Origin: Cyclobacteriaceae bacterium
GTDB lineage: Bacteria > Bacteroidota > Bacteroidia > Cytophagales > Cyclobacteriaceae
NCBI GenBank assembly: GCA_049423005.1
Contig: JBMSPY010000001.1
Span: forward strand, 1 to 34,353
Reading direction: 5' to 3'
Length of the DNA: 34,353 bases
In this document: positions 27,355-34,353 of the stretch, piece by piece
Layout of the letters: each line of letters opens with the position of its first letter
Position numbering within the stretch: the first letter of the stretch is position 1
The notes under the pieces: generated by a model
Databases searched by the model: none
What the model saw: only the letters and a program-made list of their open reading frames with translations
What the model was told of the DNA's origin: nothing
Program-made: the position numbers and the translations under genes

Positions 27355-28437
27355 ATGGAGATCAGGCAAATACCACTCAATGACCTGCATGTCGCGCTGG
27401 GCGCGAAGATGGTCCCTTTCGCTGGCTACTCAATGCCGGTGCGTTACAGCTCAGATATTGAAGAGCACATGACCGTGAGAAACGGCGTGGGTGTTTTCGA
27501 CGTGTCGCATATGGGCGAGTTTCGCATTAAAGGACCACAGGCTCTTGATCTCATTCAGCGTGTAACCAGCAACGATGCCGCAAAGTTGGTAGATGGACAG
27601 GCGCAGTACTCCTGCCTACCCAATAAGAACGGCGGTATTGTAGATGATTTGCTGGTGTACCGCATCAGTGAACAAGATTATATGCTGGTTGTTAATGCCT
27701 CTAACATTGAAAAGGATTGGAACTGGATTTCCTCCTTCAATTCAAAGGGAGCAGAAATGACTAACGAATCAGATGACATCTGCCTGTTTGCCGTACAGGG
27801 GCCTAAGGCTGCTGAAGTACTGCAACAACTTACAGATACTAATCTCAGTCAAATCAAATACTATCATTTTGCCATTGGAACGTTTGCCGGAAAATCAAAC
27901 GTGATCATGAGCAACACCGGATATACAGGTGCTGGTGGCTTTGAGATTTATGTGCACCGTGCAGATGCCGAAGCCATTTGGAAAGCTCTGTTTACAACAG
28001 GTGCTTCAGCCGGTATAAAGCCAATCGGTTTGGGCGCCCGCGATACCTTAAGACTGGAGATGGGTTTCTGTTTGTACGGAAATGACATCGACGACACCAC
28101 TTCTCCCTTAGAGGCGGGTCTTGGCTGGATCACCAAATTCACAAAAGAGTTTACCAACTCAGAATTCCTGAAAAAACAGAAAGAGACTGGCGTGACGAAA
28201 AAGCTCATCGGTTTTAAGATGGCTGAAAAAGGAATTCCACGTCATCATTACCTCATCAAGGATGCCACCGGAAATGCCATTGGTCACGTTACTTCTGGAA
28301 CCATTTCACCGATGCTGGGTATTGGTATTGGCCTTGGTTATGTAAACATAGAGTTTGCAACCCCGGGAACTGAAATTTTTATTGAAGTTCGCAATCAGCT
28401 GGTGAAGGCAGAGGTCCATAAACTTCCATTGATTTAA
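27355..28437 (+). CDS. gcvT: Glycine cleavage system aminomethyltransferase T
   Basis: [49 protein letters not shown] and GHVTSG. Confidence 0.98.
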   Translation: MEIRQIPLNDLHVALGAKMVPFAGYSMPVRYSSDIEEHMTVRNGVGVFDVSHMGEFRIKGPQALDLIQRVTSNDAAKLVDGQAQYSCLPNKNGGIVDDLLVYRISEQDYMLVVNASNIEKDWNWISSFNSKGAEMTNESDDICLFAVQGPKAAEVLQQLTDTNLSQIKYYHFAIGTFAGKSNVIMSNTGYTGAGGFEIYVHRADAEAIWKALFTTGASAGIKPIGLGARDTLRLEMGFCLYGNDIDDTTSPLEAGLGWITKFTKEFTNSEFLKKQKETGVTKKLIGFKMAEKGIPRHHYLIKDATGNAIGHVTSGTISPMLGIGIGLGYVNIEFATPGTEIFIEVRNQLVKAEVHKLPLI

Positions 28438-28445
28438 GTTAAATC

Positions 28446-29156
28446 GTGAGTGCACCAAAGAACATCGAGGTTTGCCTTAGCCCCGAACTGCTTCATCTGT
28501 ATGAAGTGGAAGGTAAGACGGTAGTAGTAGCCGATATTCTGCGGGCAACTTCTTGCATGGTGACAGCGTTTGCGCATGGCGCATCGACCATTAAACCCTT
28601 TGCTGATTTAGAGGAATGTAAGGCTGCTGCCACGGAGGGATACGAGACAAGTGGAGAGCGTAATGGGGTAAAAGTGGAAGGATTTGATCGAGGCAACTCT
28701 CCATTTGAATATACCGGAGAAGATATTCGTGGAAAAAAGATCGCCTTCACCACTACCAACGGCACACAAGCCATTGACAAATCAAAAAAAGCCAAGCATT
28801 TACTGATTGGCTCTTTTTTGAATGTTTCAGCCGTTGCCCAACGCGTAGAGGAATTGAATGAATCTGTCCTCGTTGTTTGCGCAGGTTGGAAGGGGCGGTT
28901 TAATCTGGAGGACACTTTATTTGCCGGCGCATTGATAGACCGACTGAAGAACACTTTTAAAAGCGACGACGATGCCGCGTTGGCTGCTGTTTCTTTGTAT
29001 ACTGAGACGAAACAAGATTTGGTTTCCTTTCTCAACAAATCCTCCCATGTTCAACGCCTCAATCGACTGAACATTCATGAGGATATGGCATTTTGTGTTC
29101 AGGAAGACACCTATTCGGTTGTTCCTTATTTAGAGGGCGACTTCCTCTTTATTTGA
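28446..29156 (+). CDS. comB: 2-phosphosulfolactate phosphatase (ComB) family protein
   Basis: VVADILRATS, GERNG, GNSPFE, TTTNGT and LEDTLFAG. GTG start. Confidence 0.9.
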   Translation: MSAPKNIEVCLSPELLHLYEVEGKTVVVADILRATSCMVTAFAHGASTIKPFADLEECKAAATEGYETSGERNGVKVEGFDRGNSPFEYTGEDIRGKKIAFTTTNGTQAIDKSKKAKHLLIGSFLNVSAVAQRVEELNESVLVVCAGWKGRFNLEDTLFAGALIDRLKNTFKSDDDAALAAVSLYTETKQDLVSFLNKSSHVQRLNRLNIHEDMAFCVQEDTYSVVPYLEGDFLFI

Positions 29157-29503
29157 TTTTTTACAATCCGGGGCTTTGCAGAAAGTTTAGGATTGTTCCG
29201 GTGACGGACCTTATCCCGTATGGTTTTCTTTTCAAGGTTTCTCTTGATGGCCGCAGTCAAATCAACACCGGTCTGATTGGCCAGACAAACCACTACAAAA
29301 AGAACATCTGCCAATTCATCAGCCAGTTCTTTGCCGCGGTCCGATTTCTTTTCAGATTGTTCCCCGTACCGCCGGGCGATGAGCCGGGCTACCTCTCCTA
29401 CCTCTTCTGTAAGGATAGCCATGTTGGTTAATTCATTGAAATAACGCACTCCAATGGTATTTATCCACTGATCGACCGACGACTGAAGCTCACGTATCTG
29501 CAT
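29126..29503 (-). CDS. MazG-like (YpjD-type) nucleotide pyrophosphohydrolase
   Basis: LTEEVGEVAR, YGEQSEK, ELADVLFVVVCLANQTGVDL and RDKVRHRNNPKL. Confidence 0.92.
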   Translation of the reverse strand: MQIRELQSSVDQWINTIGVRYFNELTNMAILTEEVGEVARLIARRYGEQSEKKSDRGKELADELADVLFVVVCLANQTGVDLTAAIKRNLEKKTIRDKVRHRNNPKLSAKPRIVKNQIKRKSPSK

Positions 29504-29552
29504 AATGTTTCTTATAAATTGATCCTTTTCCGGAAAGCATTTTTGCTTTTCC

Positions 29553-29560
29553 TAATTTTA
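29553..29560 (+). promoter_or_regulatory. Variant -7 element (TAATTTTA) for the acylase
   Basis: 7/8 match to TAnnTTTG, 24 nt upstream of ATG 29585. Confidence 0.35.
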
Positions 29561-29584
29561 AATGAAAATCAGAATTGATCAGAC

Positions 29585-31984
29585 ATGAAGATACTTAAAA
29601 AGATACTTGTCGGAGTGATGCTCCTGGTGCTGTTGGTCGCTGTCGGAGGATACCTGTGGTTCAGAAGCACGCTTCCGGTTTACGAAGGAGTGCTAACCCT
29701 TGAGGGACTTCAGGCACCTGTGGAAGTGACCTACGATAGCTATGGCGTGCCCCACATTGAAGCGCAAAATGCACACGATGCCTACTTTGCATTGGGTTAC
29801 GTGCATGCGCAAGACAGACTGTTTCAAATGGAAATGCTGCGCAGGCTGGCAGGAGGAAGACTGTCTGAAGTATTGGGGAAAGATCTCATTGAAGTAGATA
29901 AACTCTTCAGGACACTTGGGTTAAACCGTTGGGCAGAGGAGAATGCGAAGAATTTAATCTACGGTAAAACCGGCCCGGAGGTGGATGCGGCTATGGCTTA
30001 TCTCAAAGGCATCAATCGATTTATTGCCGAGGGACAAAAACCAATTGAGTTCACCATTATTGGTATTCCGCTCACACCCTTTACTCCGGAGGACATGTTT
30101 AAAACGGCAGGATATATGGCGTTCAGCTTTGGAGAAGCCCTTAGAGTAGATCCCGTCATTGAATTACTAGAGACAAAATATCCGGGATATGCCGAAGAGG
30201 CCTTTGGAAGTTTATCTGAGAATTTTGCGCGGACCAATCGAGTAAAAAGCTTTAAAAATCCATCGCCTAAGTTAGCGGCTGATCTTTCATCAACATTGAA
30301 TCAAGCTTTAGAGAAAGTGCCTGTTCCGCTTCTCATCGGAAGCAATGCCTGGGTTTTATCCGGTTCGCGCACCAAATCTGGAAAACCCATTCTCGCTAAC
30401 GACACCCACATCGGTTATGCGCAACCTGCCGTATGGTATGAAGCGGCTCTGTCCTATCCTGGCTTTTCTTTTTACGGGCATCATATTGCAGGAGTGCCAT
30501 TTGGTGTACTTGGTCAGAATGACTTCTGTGCCTGGGGAATCACCATGTTCGAAAATGACGACATGGACTTTTACCAGGAAAAATTAGACCCTCAGGATTC
30601 AACCAAAGTTTTGTTTGGTGTCGCACTTGAAGATGAGGAGGCTGATTTTACTTCCATTCCAATAGAATCTAGAGAAGAAATTATCTCAGTAAAGGATGAA
30701 GAACCCATAAAACTGGTGGTAAGAAAAACCCCACACGGTCCGATAATGAATGGTCTGGTAGAAGGAGTGCGTTCGAATGATGATCCGGTTGCCCTTTGGT
30801 GGACCTTTTTACAGCAACCCATAAGTTTAATTGAGAGTTTTTATAAACTCAACCATGCCAAAAGTGTGGAGGAAGCGCATCAGGCTGTTTCCGGAATCGC
30901 TGCCCCCGGATTAAATATTGTTTATGCCGATACAGTAGGTACTATCGCCTGGTGGGCAACGGGAAAATTACCTGTGCGTACGGAGGATCAAAATCTTCGG
31001 AGCCGTCGCTTCCATGATGGTGCAGCCGGTAACGATGAGCATAACGAATACTATCCCTTTGAACGAAATCCACAAGCCATTAATCCGCCTTGGGGATACC
31101 TGCATACCGGAAACAATCAGCCCGATAGTGTTGATGGAATTTTTTATCCAGGTTACTATTATCCGGCTGATCGTGCCGCGCGCATTGAAGAGCTCATCAA
31201 ATCTAAAAACGACTGGACACCGGAAGAGGTGGCTAAGGCCCAACTAGATGTGAGATCTTTATCAGGCCCAGAGGCTGCAAAAGAAATTGCCAGAGTAATC
31301 GGACCAGGCGAACTTTCAGAAATTCTAAACAACTGGAATGGCGAACATCAATTGGATGACAATGGACCTACCGTGTATTACAATATGCTCTCTCAGATCA
31401 TCTATCTTTCTATGGCCGACGAAATTGGTCAGGTTATGCTGAAAAATTTGTTGACTACTAGTGTCCAAAAAGGTGGAATAGTATCCCTCATTAAAAAGGA
31501 AAACAGTAGATGGTGGGATAATGTGAATACTGAAGAGAGGGAAACAAGGGAAATGATCTTTAAAAAAGCAGCGGAGCGAACATTGATCAATTTAAGGGTA
31601 ACCTGTGGTGCAGACCCCATAGATTGGAAATGGAGTAAAGTGCATACGCTTAAACACAGTCACCCACTTGGGGCTGTTGCGGTCCTAGATAAACTCTTTA
31701 GTGTTGGCCCTTTCTCGGCACCTGGAGGAAATGAAGTGGTGAATAATTTGATGTTTAGCCTGGACACAACCGGGGTTTTTGATGTGAAAGCAGGCCCCGC
31801 TCTACGAAAGGTGCATGACCTGTCAGATCTCTCAGTAGGCTGGACAGTATCACCAACAGGACAATCAGGTGTATTGGGCAGTCCTTTTTATAAAAACCAG
31901 GGAGAATTATTTGTCGCTGGGGGCACCCGAAAAATGACCTTAAGAAAAGCAGAAGGCAAGCTTTTGAAGCTGAATCCACGATAG
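29585..31984 (+). CDS. Penicillin acylase / peptidase S45 family Ntn hydrolase, membrane-anchored
   Basis: N-terminal TM, DSYGVPHI, GYVHAQDRLFQM, autoprocessing site G|SNAW (Ser253, codon 30341-30343), LANDTH, TPHGP and TGQSG. Confidence 0.92.
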   Translation: MKILKKILVGVMLLVLLVAVGGYLWFRSTLPVYEGVLTLEGLQAPVEVTYDSYGVPHIEAQNAHDAYFALGYVHAQDRLFQMEMLRRLAGGRLSEVLGKDLIEVDKLFRTLGLNRWAEENAKNLIYGKTGPEVDAAMAYLKGINRFIAEGQKPIEFTIIGIPLTPFTPEDMFKTAGYMAFSFGEALRVDPVIELLETKYPGYAEEAFGSLSENFARTNRVKSFKNPSPKLAADLSSTLNQALEKVPVPLLIGSNAWVLSGSRTKSGKPILANDTHIGYAQPAVWYEAALSYPGFSFYGHHIAGVPFGVLGQNDFCAWGITMFENDDMDFYQEKLDPQDSTKVLFGVALEDEEADFTSIPIESREEIISVKDEEPIKLVVRKTPHGPIMNGLVEGVRSNDDPVALWWTFLQQPISLIESFYKLNHAKSVEEAHQAVSGIAAPGLNIVYADTVGTIAWWATGKLPVRTEDQNLRSRRFHDGAAGNDEHNEYYPFERNPQAINPPWGYLHTGNNQPDSVDGIFYPGYYYPADRAARIEELIKSKNDWTPEEVAKAQLDVRSLSGPEAAKEIARVIGPGELSEILNNWNGEHQLDDNGPTVYYNMLSQIIYLSMADEIGQVMLKNLLTTSVQKGGIVSLIKKENSRWWDNVNTEERETREMIFKKAAERTLINLRVTCGADPIDWKWSKVHTLKHSHPLGAVAVLDKLFSVGPFSAPGGNEVVNNLMFSLDTTGVFDVKAGPALRKVHDLSDLSVGWTVSPTGQSGVLGSPFYKNQGELFVAGGTRKMTLRKAEGKLLKLNPR

Positions 31985-31998
31985 CCTTATTATAACCG

Positions 31999-32030
31999 GA
32001 CCAAATTGGTTTTTAGGATCCATTTTGGTC
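31999..32030. other. Imperfect inverted repeat GACCAAATTGG-N10-CCATTTTGGTC
   Basis: 10 of 11 positions are complementary. It lies just after the acylase stop with no U-tract, so terminator versus operator is unresolved. Confidence 0.4.
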
Positions 32031-32124
32031 TAAGGGAATAAGCGAAATAGTGTCTGGTATGATACAACCATTGCAAATGGCCTTTTCTTGGTTATTTTGA
32101 GGAAAAATCAAGGTCGCTAGACCC

Positions 32125-33594
32125 TTGGTTTCTACCCGTCTAACTGTGATTCAATTATTGCAAAGTCTCTGTCAGAGGAAGACAGTCTTCCTGAAGGTGG
32201 CGTTTCTACTGCATTTTGGATTAATGATCGCAGGTGCACAGGCCATACAGGTTGAACGGATAGGAAGACCTGTGATGGCCAGATTTTTTCCTGAAGTGGA
32301 AAAAATTATCAGGGTCTATGAGGACCACCTTATTATAGTCAATCCGGAGGGTACTTTCAGAGATTCCATCCAATCTCCAGGAATCGGAACAGTTGCATTG
32401 AACCACAATGTTCAGCTTGTCGGCAACCGGATCATTTTTTCCAAAAAAGGAAGTGGCCTGGTCTATCAGCTCACCGATGGTAAACTGAAGCGGATTGACC
32501 GGTCGCTTGACCATAATTTTCAGGCAGAGGCACTGGAATTTGTACGAAACGACACACTATTTCGGCATGGCGGTCGCGGGTTCTGGGAGGCACACAATCT
32601 GTTCACATTTTTCAGCTTTGATACCTACGAGTGGGAAGTTGTCAGGCCCTTGAAAGGTGAACTGCCGCCGGGGATGTTCGGTCATCATGGACTTATTTCC
32701 GGAGCGGATATCTATCTATATGGCGGATTTATCATAAATCCGGAGAATCCTGCGCAGCAAATTTTTAATGAAGAAGTATGGAGGTTCAACTTCCCTGAGA
32801 ACCGCTGGACACGCCTCGGAAAACTTAATTCCAATGAGATTTTGGAGACGCTCAAAGAATTTGACTGGAGGGCTATCGGCACTGTCAATGTAATTACAGG
32901 CGCTTCAAGATTTTACGCGTTTCATCAGTGGCTCGTTAGTCTTGAACCCACCACCAATGAAGCACGGTTTTTTCCGGCTATGCCACGGCTGGCTAAATTG
33001 GTCCCTTATCAGTTTCTTGACTACTTCATTTACAAAGACCATTTCTATCAGTACACTTCCGAAAATATGCACCTTTCCATAGGATCGGCTCAGCTATTTA
33101 CTTTATACAGGATTCCTTTAGATCAGTTTATGAAAGAGGCTGAAAGAATCCTACCTTTTTACACAGAGGAAAAACAAATTCAGTGGTGGTGGTTTTTAAT
33201 AATCATTCCTATCCTAGGAATCCCGTTGCTGCTGATCTTATTCAAAAGACCGAAAAAAGAAATCAAAACAAAAGCTATGCTTACCTCCGGTGGAATAACC
33301 TACAACTCCACCCATTACGCGATCGGTAAGGTTCCGCTTGACGTGCTGAAACTGCTGTTATCAGAAAACCAGGTGCAATCATCGGATATAATGGAAATCA
33401 CATCACGGCCGGGCCTTGATTATCCCAATCAGGTACGACTCAAAAACCAGGTAATTCGCACACTTAATCTTGAACTACGGTCAATCTTCAGAACAAATGA
33501 AGAGTTAATCCATCAAACAGCTTCTACTGCGGACAGGCGCATAAAGTGTTACAGTATTGACCGGCGGTGGTTTGAAAACCCGGATACTGTATGA
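32125..33594 (+). CDS. Kelch-like exported domain, single TM and C-terminal winged-helix-like domain; putative membrane-spanning regulator
   Basis: Signal peptide ending AGAQA. Kelch-like motifs FRHGGRGFW...YEWE and IYLYGG...EVWRFNFPENRWTRLG. TM at 33184-33243 followed by KRPKK. C-terminus VLKLLL...DRRIKCY. Start uncertain (TTG 32125, GTG 32146 or TTG 32158). Confidence 0.7.
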   Translation: MVSTRLTVIQLLQSLCQRKTVFLKVAFLLHFGLMIAGAQAIQVERIGRPVMARFFPEVEKIIRVYEDHLIIVNPEGTFRDSIQSPGIGTVALNHNVQLVGNRIIFSKKGSGLVYQLTDGKLKRIDRSLDHNFQAEALEFVRNDTLFRHGGRGFWEAHNLFTFFSFDTYEWEVVRPLKGELPPGMFGHHGLISGADIYLYGGFIINPENPAQQIFNEEVWRFNFPENRWTRLGKLNSNEILETLKEFDWRAIGTVNVITGASRFYAFHQWLVSLEPTTNEARFFPAMPRLAKLVPYQFLDYFIYKDHFYQYTSENMHLSIGSAQLFTLYRIPLDQFMKEAERILPFYTEEKQIQWWWFLIIIPILGIPLLLILFKRPKKEIKTKAMLTSGGITYNSTHYAIGKVPLDVLKLLLSENQVQSSDIMEITSRPGLDYPNQVRLKNQVIRTLNLELRSIFRTNEELIHQTASTADRRIKCYSIDRRWFENPDTV

Positions 33595-34353
33595 TCAGAT
33601 TACTGCCAGCTTCTTTATTACTACTGATCAGCGGATTTTTTCCGCTCAGGGCACAGGTGTCCATCGATACACTGAAAGGGATGTTTCGAGCTGTTTATCT
33701 TCCGGGAAAGGACTCAGTACTCAGAACATATGCCGATGGATACAGCTTATCCCCACCAGATAACCCGCTTAATGAAAAGCGGTATAGGGTCAATAACTGG
33801 TCGGAGGTTAATGCGTTCAGCGATTTTTTTGTGAATGAGAAAAATGAAATAGTGATGATTGACAGGGTTGATGCCTCTGTCGCAAGAGTCACTGCTGATC
33901 GGATTGATTCATCGGAACGTGCAGGATTTCCAAAAATGTTTATTGAAAGAACATTATTTGAGCATCCTTCTGGCATCTACATGTTTGGCGGCTACGGCTT
34001 CTGGTCGGCACGCAATAAGCTGGTCAGAGTAAGTGATGACTATAAATGGGAGCCTGTTATGTTTAACTCCACCGCCTCTTCATCAAAATTTCATCCACCC
34101 GGACTTTTTGAAAGTCAGGCAGTGGTAATCAAAAATGAGGCGTGGCTCTTTAACGGCCGGATTGTCAATGCTGCCGACCCACTTGAAAAACCATATTTCA
34201 ATGAGGTCTGGGCATATGATATTGAAGAGAGATATTGGAAAAAGAAAGGCAATATTAAACCTGACTTTTTTGACGGAACACCCCACTCCCGTATTTTAAT
34301 TAGCCGTGATGACCGTGCATATATTTTACGGGATGAAAAAGGCGTGTTGGAGT
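33591..34353 (+). CDS. Paralog of the preceding Kelch-like protein, truncated at the right edge (not in ORF track)
   Basis: Manual translation from the ATGA overlap gives MIRLLPASLLLLISGFFPLRAQ...IYMFGGYGFWSARN...KWE...PPGLFESQAVV...WLFNGRIVNAADP...NEVWAYDIEERYWKKKG. 254 open codons to the edge. Confidence 0.88.
   Translation, partial: MIRLLPASLLLLISGFFPLRAQVSIDTLKGMFRAVYLPGKDSVLRTYADGYSLSPPDNPLNEKRYRVNNWSEVNAFSDFFVNEKNEIVMIDRVDASVARVTADRIDSSERAGFPKMFIERTLFEHPSGIYMFGGYGFWSARNKLVRVSDDYKWEPVMFNSTASSSKFHPPGLFESQAVVIKNEAWLFNGRIVNAADPLEKPYFNEVWAYDIEERYWKKKGNIKPDFFDGTPHSRILISRDDRAYILRDEKGVLE

Noticed and set aside
28493-29038. 181-aa antisense ORF within comB
   Set aside because: Fully nested opposite a motif-supported gene, with the Ser/Thr/Ala-rich composition typical of antisense frames.
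29527-29552. TTTCCGGAAA palindrome and AAAGCA/TGCTTT stem between mazG and the acylase
   Set aside because: Short and A/T-rich, within chance expectation. A divergent intergenic region needs no terminator.
1-34353. tRNA, rRNA, CRISPR array, IS/integrase, riboswitch (including a glycine riboswitch before gcvT)
   Set aside because: Intergenic gaps are short (under 300 nt; 48 nt before gcvT). No spaced direct repeats, cloverleaf or transposase motifs were seen by eye. An Infernal/tRNAscan run would be the definitive check.

Overview
Mostly core-genome DNA from a Bacteroidota bacterium, probably Cytophagales. This is inferred from TAnnTTTG -7 promoter boxes, A-rich SD-less starts, a long-tailed S16, a two-lipoyl E2o and the mutL-rhomboid-rhomboid order. 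Housekeeping genes are carB (short form lacking the MGS domain), rimO, bshC, 5-formyl-THF cyclo-ligase, a DUF4105/Lnb-like acyltransferase, SIMPL, sucA-sucB-lpdA, rpsP-rimM, SulP plus beta-carbonic anhydrase, two rhomboids, mutL, gcvT, a ComB-like phosphatase, a MazG-like pyrophosphatase and an Ntn (penicillin-type) acylase. Four elements stand out. (1) An exported caspase-family (C14) protease has two duplicated lectin-like domains, an Ig-like domain and an EF-hand-like loop. (2) A small signal-peptide ORF ending in PPP lies upstream of SulP-CA and is a candidate translation-arrest leader. (3) A tandem pair of Kelch-like proteins ends the window; the first has sensor-TM-winged-helix architecture and the second is missing from the ORF track. 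(4) A ~1000-aa polytopic membrane/TPR protein has no assignable function. No tRNA, rRNA, CRISPR array or mobile element was seen. All family assignments come from motif recognition by eye, not database searches.
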